Shown piece after piece: positions 1 through 9,325 of a DNA stretch of 64,000 nt (position 1 is the first letter of the stretch; each line of letters begins with the position of its first letter). The stretch lies in assembly GCA_036677065.1 (NCBI GenBank), contig JAKFBS010000002.1, positions 512,001 through 576,000 on the forward strand. The letters run 5' to 3'. The DNA comes from Bdellovibrio sp. (GTDB lineage Bacteria > Bdellovibrionota > Bdellovibrionia > Bdellovibrionales > Bdellovibrionaceae). The notes under the pieces were generated by a model that had not been told where the DNA came from, did not search any database, and was given only the letters and a program-made list of their open reading frames with translations. A program made the position numbers and the translations under genes.

Positions 1-639
1 GCTACAATCAAGCGCAGGCTAAACGGTGATGATTTAACTTTAAAACAAGTCAAAGACTTAGCAAGCAGCTTATCAGTTTCATTCTATGAAATTATTGAAT
101 TATCAAAAATTGCAAAACGCGAACCGCATCTATTTACTGTCGAGCAAGAAAAACTTTTATCTTCAGATTTTAAAATCAAAATGTTATTTCGCCAGATTCT
201 ATCAGATACAAACTTTACTGATATTAAAACCGTTCTAAAAATTTCAGAAAAAGAATTACGCTCTTACGCGCGCGATTTAGAAAAAGTAGGTTTAGTGCAA
301 TTACTGCCCGGAGATCGTTTTCTATTACTCGTGCACTACCCATTTCGCTGGCAACCCAACGGTGCTCTTCATAAAACTTACGGCGATATGGTTTTAAAAA
401 ATATTTTTAACCGCATCGAAACTGATAAGGGCGAATCTGGCTTGCATAAAAAGTTTGAATTAATTCTAAACGATGAAGCCTATAGTAAATTCTGCGAAGA
501 AATCCAAAATGTGTATGGCAAGTACTTAAGCCTATCTGAAATCCATATGGAAACGCGGCCTGATTTAAGCCGCGTAGTCTCTGGAATATTTTTTATTGAT
601 CGTTTTTCTGTCTGGGAAGAATCGAAAAACCGCTTATAA
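1..639 (+). CDS. XRE/HTH-type transcriptional regulator (5'-truncated by window edge)
   Basis: Frame 1 is open from base 1 (ATIKRRLNGDDLTLKQVKDLASSLSVSFYEIIE..., the tail of an XRE-like HTH) through the ORF at 181 to TAA at 637-639; overlaps the icmF stop by 6 nt. Confidence 0.65.
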   Translation, partial: ATIKRRLNGDDLTLKQVKDLASSLSVSFYEIIELSKIAKREPHLFTVEQEKLLSSDFKIKMLFRQILSDTNFTDIKTVLKISEKELRSYARDLEKVGLVQLLPGDRFLLLVHYPFRWQPNGALHKTYGDMVLKNIFNRIETDKGESGLHKKFELILNDEAYSKFCEEIQNVYGKYLSLSEIHMETRPDLSRVVSGIFFIDRFSVWEESKNRL

Positions 640-3600
640 ATTACGACGGTACTGACCGCCCACTTCATAAAGCGCTTGTGACATTTGATACAACGTACAG
701 TATCTTGCCGCACTCATTAGTGCTTGAAAGATATTTGCGCCACTTAGACAAGCTTCTTTAAGTTTTTTAATTTCAATTTCAGCTTGCACGTGGTTGGCTT
801 TTTGCACGGTCTCAATTTGTTTTAGCTGATAATTTTTTTCTTCGGTTGAAGCACGCGCTAATTCAATTTTTGGTGGCTCATAACCTTTTTCTAAAGTTTT
901 TGGATCGATAAAGGTATTTACCCCAATAATTGGCAATTCTCCTGAGTGCTTAAGATGTTCGTAATACATCGACTCTTCTTGAATTTTTGAGCGTTGATAC
1001 TGAGTCTCCATCGCACCCAACACACCGCCACGCTCGCTGATACGTTTAAATTCAGCAAGCACGGCCTCTTCAACAAGATCAGTTAATTCTTCGACGAAGT
1101 AACTGCCTTGGTTTTGGTTTTCATTTTTAGAAGCCCCGAATTCACGGTTAATGATCATTTGAATGGCCATCGCACGGCGAACTGATTCTTGTGTTGGTGT
1201 GGTGATCGCTTCATCGTAAGCATTCGTGTGTAACGAGTTACAGTTATCATTTAAGGCGATTAAGGCCTGTAACGTTGTACGAATGTCATTGAAATCAATT
1301 TCTTGCGCATGAAGTGATCTGCCAGATGTCTGAATATGGTATTTTAATTTTTGTGAACGATCATTCCCTTTATAAAGATCACGCATCGCTACAGCCCAAA
1401 TACGGCGCGCCACGCGACCTAACACGGTGTATTCAGGATCTAAACCATTTGAAAAGAAGAAACTTAAATTCGGTGCGAAATCATCGATTTTCATGCCGCG
1501 AGATAAGTAATATTCAACAAATGTAAAACCATTTGAAAGTGTAAATGCCAATTGAGAAATCGGATTCGCACCCGCTTCAGCGATATGGTAACCAGAAATA
1601 CTGACTGAATAGAAATTGCGGATATTTTTATCGATAAAGAATTGCTGGATATCACCCATCATTTTTAAGGCGAAGTTAATAGAGAAGATACACGTGTTCT
1701 GACCTTGGTCTTCTTTTAAGATATCAGCCTGAACTGTACCACGCACTTGCGACATTGTAGCTGTTGCTAACTGCTGCCATTCAGTGTCTGTCAGTTTTCT
1801 GCCAAGTTCAGTTTCTTTTTTAGCGACCTGCTGATCGATAGCCGTATTAAAATAAAACGCTAAGATCATCGGAGCCGGGCCATTGATCGTCATTGAAACT
1901 GAAGTGTTAAGATTCACTAAATCAAAACCGTCATACAGTTTTTTCATATCATCAAGGCAGCAAATGCTTACGCCTGATTCGCCCACTTTACCGTAGATAT
2001 CCGGACGCAAATCTGGATCTTGACCGTATAAAGTTACAGAATCAAATGCCGTTGATAAACGATGGGCCTTTTCGCCTTTACATAAATAATGAAAACGACG
2101 GTTCGTGCGTTCTGGAGTGCCTTCGCCGGCGAACATACGCTTTGGATCTTCATCGGCACGTTTTAATTGAAAGACACCTGCCGTGTAAGGAAATTCTCCG
2201 GCAACGTTTTCCATTTTTAAGAAAGTAAAACGATCGCCCCAGTCTTTTAAAGTAGGTAAAACAATTTTACGGATTTTCGTGCCGCTTAATGATTTAGTTA
2301 CTAAACTTTGACGAATTTCTTTATCACGCACTTTAAAGATTAATTCATCTTGGGCGTAGATACGTTTTAATTCATCCCATTTTTCTAAAGACTGTAGTTC
2401 TTCAGTAGTAAAACCTTCTGAGAATTCATTACGTTTTTTAGTTACAACTTCTGGAGTTAAGCCCAGATCAGTTTTTAAATTCTCTAAAGCTCCAAGTTTT
2501 GAAGCTTTCTCAGATAAAGTTTTAACGCGGTCTTTATACTTATGCACACTTGATACGATCTCAGCCAGATAGTTTTGGCGATCTGGTGGAATCACTGTGT
2601 GCTCATCAGCAGATAATACCGTGTCACGGTAAGCCTTCGGAACTTCAGGTAATGATTTTAATTCATGTAATTTGTCTGTGACCGAGAAAAATAAATTATT
2701 TACGCCGCCGTCATTAAACTGTGAAGCTTGCGTTAAGAACACCGGAACAGAAATTTTATCGTCCCAGATTTTACGAGAACGTTTATATTGTTTTGTTACA
2801 TCGCGTACGGCATCAAGGGCCCCGCGGCGATCAGCTTTATTCACGGCCACGAAATCAGCGAAATCGATCATATCGATTTTTTCTAGCTGCGATTGCGCCC
2901 CGAAATCAGAAGTCATCACATACATTGATAAATCAGACACATCGGTGATTGCCATGTTACCCTGGCCGATACCTGAAGTTTCAGCGATAATAAAATCAAA
3001 ATCACAGTGTTTTAAGAAATTTAAAATATCTGGCAATGAACTTGCGATCTCTTTACCAGATCCACGCGACGCCACTGAACGCATAAAGATATGCGGGCGT
3101 GATAACGAGTTCATACGAATACGATCGCCTAGTAGCGAACCACCCGTTTTACGTTTTGATGGATCAACACAGACGATAGCTATTTTTTGTTCTGGGTAAG
3201 CATTTAAAAACCGCTGTGATAATTCATCGATCAACGATGATTTACCTGCTCCGCCTGTTCCTGTAATACCTAAGACTTTTGGCGCCGCACCTTTGCGGAT
3301 AAAATTCTTTAAACCGAAATCTTCAGGTTTGACATTTTTTTGTCCGTTTTCGATTGCGGTTAATGCAATACCAATTTCAGTTGAAGGAATATTGTCGCCG
3401 GCAAAAACATTTTTAGATTCTGCAGATAATTTTGAAGGCATCGCAAAATCACAACCTTCAACAATCATTTTGATCATGCCTTCTAGGCCTAAACGACGGC
3501 CGTCATCGGGATGAAAAATTTGCGAGATACCATAAGCTTCTAGTTCGCGCTTTTCGTCATAAACGATAACGCCGCCACCGCCGCCGTAAATTTTTACATG

Positions 3601-3858
3601 CGAAGCGCCTGCCTGATTTAATAAATCACGTAAGTATTTAAAGTATTCCATGTGACCGCCCTGATACGAGCTAATACACACGCCTTGTGCGCCTTCTTGC
3701 AGAACAGCTTTAACAACGTCATTTACCGAGCGGTTATGACCTAAATGGATAACTTCGGCACCAAACTCTTGAAGCATCCGACGAATAATGTTGATCGATG
3801 CATCGTGACCGTCAAAAAGTGAAGCTGCAGTTACAATACGCACAGGATTTTTTGTCAT
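634..3858 (-). CDS. icmF: Fused isobutyryl-CoA mutase / MeaB-like GTPase (IcmF)
   Basis: N-terminal B12-binding domain (FDGHDASIN, SSYQGGH), GTPase P-loop GTGGAGKSS and NKAD, C-terminal mutase barrel (RGTVQADILKEDQ, HIQTSGRSLH); 1074 aa. Confidence 0.95.
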   Translation of the reverse strand: MTKNPVRIVTAASLFDGHDASINIIRRMLQEFGAEVIHLGHNRSVNDVVKAVLQEGAQGVCISSYQGGHMEYFKYLRDLLNQAGASHVKIYGGGGGVIVYDEKRELEAYGISQIFHPDDGRRLGLEGMIKMIVEGCDFAMPSKLSAESKNVFAGDNIPSTEIGIALTAIENGQKNVKPEDFGLKNFIRKGAAPKVLGITGTGGAGKSSLIDELSQRFLNAYPEQKIAIVCVDPSKRKTGGSLLGDRIRMNSLSRPHIFMRSVASRGSGKEIASSLPDILNFLKHCDFDFIIAETSGIGQGNMAITDVSDLSMYVMTSDFGAQSQLEKIDMIDFADFVAVNKADRRGALDAVRDVTKQYKRSRKIWDDKISVPVFLTQASQFNDGGVNNLFFSVTDKLHELKSLPEVPKAYRDTVLSADEHTVIPPDRQNYLAEIVSSVHKYKDRVKTLSEKASKLGALENLKTDLGLTPEVVTKKRNEFSEGFTTEELQSLEKWDELKRIYAQDELIFKVRDKEIRQSLVTKSLSGTKIRKIVLPTLKDWGDRFTFLKMENVAGEFPYTAGVFQLKRADEDPKRMFAGEGTPERTNRRFHYLCKGEKAHRLSTAFDSVTLYGQDPDLRPDIYGKVGESGVSICCLDDMKKLYDGFDLVNLNTSVSMTINGPAPMILAFYFNTAIDQQVAKKETELGRKLTDTEWQQLATATMSQVRGTVQADILKEDQGQNTCIFSINFALKMMGDIQQFFIDKNIRNFYSVSISGYHIAEAGANPISQLAFTLSNGFTFVEYYLSRGMKIDDFAPNLSFFFSNGLDPEYTVLGRVARRIWAVAMRDLYKGNDRSQKLKYHIQTSGRSLHAQEIDFNDIRTTLQALIALNDNCNSLHTNAYDEAITTPTQESVRRAMAIQMIINREFGASKNENQNQGSYFVEELTDLVEEAVLAEFKRISERGGVLGAMETQYQRSKIQEESMYYEHLKHSGELPIIGVNTFIDPKTLEKGYEPPKIELARASTEEKNYQLKQIETVQKANHVQAEIEIKKLKEACLSGANIFQALMSAARYCTLYQMSQALYEVGGQYRRNL

Positions 3859-4655
3859 TATATACCTTTAAAATTTGGTTTTCTTTTTTCAGTGAAAGCT
3901 TTTGTGCCTTCAGTGGTATCAAACGAACCGAACAGGCCACCGAATACATCAGCTTCATTTTTCAATGCAGGTTCTGTATCTAAATCAAAAGCCTGATTGA
4001 TAGAAAGTTTTGCTTTACCGATCGCTAACGGAGATTTTGTTAACATCATTTCGATTTTTTTATTCACCGCTTGCATAAGCTCAGATTGCGGTACAACTTG
4101 CGAAACTAAGCCAAGCTTTAACGCCTCATCAGCTTTAATTATTTCACCGGTAAAAGTTAATTCACGCGCTTTGCGAATTCCAACTGCGCGAGTTAGGCGA
4201 ACTGTTCCGCCAAAGCCTGGAATTAATCCAAGCGATACTTCTGGTAAGCCGAATTTTGCGTTGTCACTGGCAATCATAAAATCACAACCAAGGGCTAATT
4301 CTAAACCACCACCTAAGGCAAAACCATTCACAGCGGCGATCACTGGAATTTTTAATAAATTTAATTCATGAAATACGGCTTGGCCTTTTTCTGCGAAAGC
4401 TACGGCTTGCGCATTTGACATATCAAGCATTTCTTTAATGTCAGCGCCCGCAACGAATGCTTTTTCGCCCGCTCCTGTGATCACTAAGACTTTTGCCGTT
4501 TCATAATCAAGTTCTGAAATCTGGCGAAGAGTTTCGGCCATTTCGTTTAACACTGTTTGGTTTAAAGCGTTTAAACTTTCAGGGCGGTTAATTGTTAAAA
4601 TCCAAACACCGTTTTCTTTTTGTTCAAGTTTAATAGTTTGATAATCTAAATTCAT
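3858..4655 (-). CDS. crt: Enoyl-CoA hydratase (crotonase)
   Basis: AFVAGADIKEM, NGFALGGGLELALGCD, FGLPEVSLGLIPGFGGT. Confidence 0.92.
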   Translation of the reverse strand: MNLDYQTIKLEQKENGVWILTINRPESLNALNQTVLNEMAETLRQISELDYETAKVLVITGAGEKAFVAGADIKEMLDMSNAQAVAFAEKGQAVFHELNLLKIPVIAAVNGFALGGGLELALGCDFMIASDNAKFGLPEVSLGLIPGFGGTVRLTRAVGIRKARELTFTGEIIKADEALKLGLVSQVVPQSELMQAVNKKIEMMLTKSPLAIGKAKLSINQAFDLDTEPALKNEADVFGGLFGSFDTTEGTKAFTEKRKPNFKGI

Positions 4656-4665
4656 ATATTCCTAC

Positions 4666-5529
4666 TTATTTTGCGTAATTATAAAAACCGCGACCAGATT
4701 TGCGACCTAACCAGCCGGCTTCAACGTATTTTACTAATAATGGACTTGGGCGATATTTTGAATCTCCTAAACCATCATGAAGAACGTTCATAATCGCAAG
4801 GCATGTGTCTAAACCGATAAAATCAGCTAACGTCAAAGGCCCCATGGGTTGATTGGTTCCAAGTTTCATCGCGTTATCGATAGATTCAACTGACGCAATA
4901 CCTTCGTGTAATGTGTAAACCGCTTCGTTGATCATCGGCATTAAAATACGGTTGACGATAAAACCTGGCATGTCCTTTACAGATTCAACGAAAACTTTTC
5001 CAAGTTTTTCTGATAAAGCTTTAGTTGTTGAGAAAGTCTCATCACTTGTTTGCAAACCTTTGATGCCTTCAACTAATTGCATAAGTGGAACTGGATTCAT
5101 GAAATGCATCCCAACGACCTTATCAGGACGCGAAGTGCAGGCTGCAATTTTAGTGATCGAAATCGAAGATGTGTTTGTTGCTAAGATCGAACCAGCTTTT
5201 ACTGTTTGATCTAAGTCTTTGAAAATTTTAAGTTTTAAATCAATATTCTCAGTTGCAGCCTCAACAACGAAATCGCAATCTTTAAGATCTGTTAATTGCG
5301 TTGTGGCTTTTACTTTTCCAAGTAAGGCTTTTTTAACATCTTCAGTCATCGTGCCTTTTTTGATTAAACGATCACAGCTTCCGGCAATTGTCGTTAGACC
5401 TTTGTCGAGAGCAGCATTCGAGACATCGAACATCACAACTTCATAGCCACAAGCTGCTGCAACTTGTGTAATACCGTTACCCATTTGGCCTGCGCCAACA
5501 ACGCCGATTTTTTTGATGTTTTGAACCAT
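4666..5529 (-). CDS. hbd: 3-hydroxybutyryl-CoA dehydrogenase
   Basis: GAGQMGNGI Rossmann motif, ATNTSSISIT, GMHFMNPVP, PMGPLTLADFIGLD. Confidence 0.93.
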   Translation of the reverse strand: MVQNIKKIGVVGAGQMGNGITQVAAACGYEVVMFDVSNAALDKGLTTIAGSCDRLIKKGTMTEDVKKALLGKVKATTQLTDLKDCDFVVEAATENIDLKLKIFKDLDQTVKAGSILATNTSSISITKIAACTSRPDKVVGMHFMNPVPLMQLVEGIKGLQTSDETFSTTKALSEKLGKVFVESVKDMPGFIVNRILMPMINEAVYTLHEGIASVESIDNAMKLGTNQPMGPLTLADFIGLDTCLAIMNVLHDGLGDSKYRPSPLLVKYVEAGWLGRKSGRGFYNYAK

Positions 5530-5622
5530 GACTTTGCCTCCTAAAATGCTTGAAAAATAATGCTTAGTTATAGCAAAGAACTGGTCTTGAATGAAACGAC
5601 TAAGATCAGTGACAATGGTTAG

Positions 5623-6927
5623 ATGCTGTTTGTCATAGGGTTCCTAGGCGTAATTTTGACTAGTTTTTCTGCTAATTCAGCTATCGACGCTGTGGCTACT
5701 AAGCAAGCCCCTATTTTAAGCGAACTTTTTGCCGGCCGTAAGACAAAAGAGATCCCCTTTTTTAAGTCAAAAATGAGCATTTTTCCTTCAGGGCACACAA
5801 GCCTTGATAAGCTCAATGAGCGCTTGGTCTCATCAGAAACCAGTGAAGCTTTTTACTTAGCCAAAGACGAGAAAAAAATTTCACCGACTCTTGTTCCGCA
5901 CATTACGGCTTTTCACCTGTCGCGCGTGTGGATTGAAAAATACAGCAAACGCCGGGTTAAACCGAACAACTCAACAGACCTTGCAACTATTTTATTAAAT
6001 TACGACACAGATCCATACGATCGCGGTTTAGTACTTACATTAAACGACACCAAACTTCGCGCAACTGCTGATGTAAAAGCTGCGGCTTTAAAATCTATTC
6101 CAAAATTAAATTATTTTATCCCGATTAGTTTCGAAAAAGGCTTTGTTAAAATTTTATTTAGTGGTCAATTTGGTTTTATCGACATCAACGACTGTATTTC
6201 AAAATATGATTTTGCTAAATTTGCGTATTCTTTCAAAACAAAAACCAACACTTGGGAAGTCATCAATCACCGTGAATTCGATACACTTATCACTGCTAAA
6301 AACGAAAGTCTGCAGTTAGCCGAAATCAAAGGCTTAGTAGTTGATCAAAAATTGGCGTTTGCGTTTAAAGACAATGAACATTACCCAAAATGGACAAGTT
6401 TTAAGTTAGTAAAAGAAAAAACAAAACCTTGGTTGCAAAGTGAAATTAAAGGTCATGGGTCAATCTGGTGGCAACGCCCTGACACTGAAATTGTCGGTAA
6501 AAATACGATTTCAATTGATGATCTGATCAAAAAAGAAATCTATTCAGTTTCATTTCAAGAAGACAATCCCAAAAAAGGTTTAGCCTCTGCCAATGGTGTT
6601 TTCATCACTGAAGATGGCCAAAACTGGAACGAGATCGCGCAATTCAAAGACTACTCTGGCCCGGTTTATTATTATAGTAATACTCTCATCTATGTTGGAA
6701 ATTACCGAAGCCTTGATGGCGGCAAAACATTTGAAAACTATATTCAAATTGATAAAGTTTCATCAGCAATTACAAAATCGACTGGCGTTATTCCGAAAAA
6801 AATTCAGATCACAAAAATCAAAGTACAAAAACCGTACAATGTCGTCATCGACGTGCACACAGGCACGCGCAAGGTACGCCTTAAATCCCCGATCTTCTCG
6901 CAGGATTGGACAACTGCTAAGTATTAG
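5623..6927 (+). CDS. Secreted hypothetical protein with SH3-like segment(s) and Asp-box/BNR-like repeats
   Basis: Signal peptide; FITEDGQNW and YRSLDGGKTF Asp-box-like motifs; LRATAD...GFID SH3b-like pattern. Confidence 0.55.
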   Translation: MLFVIGFLGVILTSFSANSAIDAVATKQAPILSELFAGRKTKEIPFFKSKMSIFPSGHTSLDKLNERLVSSETSEAFYLAKDEKKISPTLVPHITAFHLSRVWIEKYSKRRVKPNNSTDLATILLNYDTDPYDRGLVLTLNDTKLRATADVKAAALKSIPKLNYFIPISFEKGFVKILFSGQFGFIDINDCISKYDFAKFAYSFKTKTNTWEVINHREFDTLITAKNESLQLAEIKGLVVDQKLAFAFKDNEHYPKWTSFKLVKEKTKPWLQSEIKGHGSIWWQRPDTEIVGKNTISIDDLIKKEIYSVSFQEDNPKKGLASANGVFITEDGQNWNEIAQFKDYSGPVYYYSNTLIYVGNYRSLDGGKTFENYIQIDKVSSAITKSTGVIPKKIQITKIKVQKPYNVVIDVHTGTRKVRLKSPIFSQDWTTAKY

Positions 6928-6978
6928 CAGAAACTCACCAGCTAAGTATTAGCAGAAACTCACCAGCTAAGTATTAGC
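6916..6978. repeat. Tandem repeat of 25-bp unit GCTAAGTATTAGCAGAAACTCACCA (2.5 copies)
   Basis: GCTAAGTATTAGC at 6916, 6941 and 6966, separated by two identical 12-bp AGAAACTCACCA linkers. Confidence 0.95.
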
Positions 6979-7037
6979 GGCTTGCCAAAGGTAATGAGAG
7001 CTCGCAATAATACAATTACACTATCCGGGGGAACATC

Positions 7038-8258
7038 ATGGTTGCAAAGAAATTTCTGCGTCTTGAGAATCTTACTTTTTTAGCTGCTATTGCCGGTTTG
7101 GTCTTAGGGTTTCTAGCGCCAGAGTTTTCTCTGAAAATCGGTTTCTTAGGCGATGTCTTTCTGACGCTTTTAAAAATGATGATTATACCGTTGATCTTTG
7201 TTTCTGTTTTTTTGGCGGTCGCCAAGCAAGCCGGACAAGGAGAGCTGTCTGGAATTGGTTTAAAAACAGTCTCTTATTTTTTCGGAACCAGTGCTTTAGC
7301 TTGTATCACAGGATTGTTGGCTGCTAATTTTTTACTACCGAATGCTTCTCAAGCTGTGAGTTATGTTGGTTACGATGCCTCAAAGCTTGGATCGATTACT
7401 TTTGAACAAGTTCTGCTTAGTTTTATTCCCTCAAATGCTGTGAAAGCTTTAGCAAATGGCGAGATCATTCAGATCGTGGTGTTTTCTATTTTAATGGGAA
7501 TTGCCTGCATTCGATTGCATTCTAAAAAAAGAGAATTGCTGGTGGATATCGCCGACGCCGGACATGATTTGATCATGACGGTGATTCAGTGGATTTTGAT
7601 AATTGCACCGATTGGTATTTTTTCGTTAGTTGCGGCGGTCATTGCAAAAACAAATTTTGAAAGTCTTTCGGGCCTAGGCTGGCTTTTTGGAGCGATCGCG
7701 TGCGCAGCCTTAGTCCACGTTTTAATAACTCTGCCAACAATTGGTTATTTCATCGGCCGCTTTCATCCTTATAAATTTATTTTTAATGTGCGCGAAGCTT
7801 TATTGGTCGCACTGGCAACGGCATCAAGTGCAGCTACCCTGCCGATATCGGCACGAGTTCTGGAAGAACAAGGTGTGAACCCAAAGACCACAGGTTTTGT
7901 TTTACCATTGGGTGCTTCGCTGAATATGGATGGATCAGCGCTTTATCAAGTGTTGGTGGTTTTATTTTTAGGTCGAGTGGCAGGTGTTGATTTCACAATC
8001 GCACAACAGCTTTTGATTTTTATGTTTGTGATGCTGTCGTCATCTGGCACAGCCGGAATTCCGGGTGGAGGCTTAGTGATGATGGGCGCAATGTTACAAA
8101 TGGTCGGCATCCCTCTTGAACTCATCGGAATTTATTTGTTAGTGGATAGATTCTGGGATCCACCCATCACAGCACTTAATGTAATGGGTGATTTATTCGG
8201 AACAAAAACCATTGATCGCTTCGTGCGAAGAGATCCGAACGTTTCCAGCACTTCCTAG
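7038..8258 (+). CDS. Dicarboxylate/amino acid:cation symporter (DAACS/SDF family)
   Basis: LLKMMIIPLIF, TASSAATLP, PLGASLNMDGSALY, GTAGIPGG, NVMGD motifs; multiple TM helices. Confidence 0.92.
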   Translation: MVAKKFLRLENLTFLAAIAGLVLGFLAPEFSLKIGFLGDVFLTLLKMMIIPLIFVSVFLAVAKQAGQGELSGIGLKTVSYFFGTSALACITGLLAANFLLPNASQAVSYVGYDASKLGSITFEQVLLSFIPSNAVKALANGEIIQIVVFSILMGIACIRLHSKKRELLVDIADAGHDLIMTVIQWILIIAPIGIFSLVAAVIAKTNFESLSGLGWLFGAIACAALVHVLITLPTIGYFIGRFHPYKFIFNVREALLVALATASSAATLPISARVLEEQGVNPKTTGFVLPLGASLNMDGSALYQVLVVLFLGRVAGVDFTIAQQLLIFMFVMLSSSGTAGIPGGGLVMMGAMLQMVGIPLELIGIYLLVDRFWDPPITALNVMGDLFGTKTIDRFVRRDPNVSSTS

Positions 8259-8267
8259 CTGCAGAGG

Positions 8268-9203
8268 CTACGGCGCCCACGCTCTGTAATAAAGTTGGCC
8301 GTTACTCCAACGTACGAAGACCATCATACGCGCATTGGATGCGTAGGTTGTAGCACCGGGCCCTGAAGTGACTTGCCCACCGATGTTGACCCAGTTGCCC
8401 CAGATATCGTTGATATTTCTTTTGTGATAAATATTATTGTTTGGTCCGCGCACGAAAAGATCGAGCAAGCCTTGGCCGCGACTTACAATATCTGGCGAGG
8501 AAACAGCAACGAACGTGTTACCTAGGTCGCGCCATTGACCCCAGATTCCCCCACTCCAGATACGATGATAAAGTTTTTGATCTTGATTCATTGAAACCAA
8601 ATCAAGACGGCTTGGTGACTGATATGTCGCCGCAGGATCACCGGTTATATTTAATGAGAGTATATTCCATCGTGTGCAGCACGCCTGCGGATAACAAAGT
8701 GAATGGTATAATCCGTTATCATTACCTTTGGCAAACAACTGAGGCATAATATTGTTTTCTGGTAAAGAAGGTGTTGAAAGACCTGATCCCATAGCTAAGT
8801 GTTCTGTTGAAGTGCCGGTAAGAGGCCACTTAGCCCACGGAGTAGATGTATTAAGCCCCGTTTGGTAAGTGTGCATTAGGAAAAGACTATATTGACTGAC
8901 AGCGAACACTTCGAAAAAGCTTTTTCCGTTATAAATTCGACAGGCTATTGAAGGCGAACCGGTAAATTTATGTGTTCCGGGAATTTGTTTCCAGCCATCC
9001 CAAACACCCGTACTTAACGTGCGCTTGCGGTACCACATTCTATCATCAACGCCTTTAGCTACGACGCAGGTATCACCACGAGCAGTACAAGCTGCAGGGT
9101 CATTGCGAATTTCTCCCCCCAGACTTACCCACGGCGTCCATGCGGCGAAACTAAATGCAGAAAAAAATGTGAGAGTAATTAAAACAGAAAAAACACGAAA
9201 CAT
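8268..9203 (-). CDS. Secreted PLL-like / fucose-lectin-like beta-propeller protein
   Basis: Signal peptide; about six repeats of W..LGG...DPA...LDLFVRG.NN..YH..W. Confidence 0.7.
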   Translation of the reverse strand: MFRVFSVLITLTFFSAFSFAAWTPWVSLGGEIRNDPAACTARGDTCVVAKGVDDRMWYRKRTLSTGVWDGWKQIPGTHKFTGSPSIACRIYNGKSFFEVFAVSQYSLFLMHTYQTGLNTSTPWAKWPLTGTSTEHLAMGSGLSTPSLPENNIMPQLFAKGNDNGLYHSLCYPQACCTRWNILSLNITGDPAATYQSPSRLDLVSMNQDQKLYHRIWSGGIWGQWRDLGNTFVAVSSPDIVSRGQGLLDLFVRGPNNNIYHKRNINDIWGNWVNIGGQVTSGPGATTYASNARMMVFVRWSNGQLYYRAWAP

Positions 9204-9306
9204 GTTAACCTCTTGTTAAGATTGCGGGCGTAATGCCTCGACAAATTAGCAAGAAAATTTAAAGCAAATAGAATGCCTCACTGATTTTTTCTTAGGATTG
9301 GGTACA

Positions 9307-9320
9307 TGCTAAGTATTAGC
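9307..9320. repeat. Dispersed copy of TGCTAAGTATTAGC (direct repeat of 6915-6928)
   Basis: Exact 14-bp match to 6915-6928. Confidence 0.9.
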
Positions 9321-9325
9321 CACAC

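Noticed and set aside
6916..6978. Mini CRISPR array
   Set aside because: The repeat is only 13 bp, the 12-bp spacers are identical, and no cas genes are in the window.
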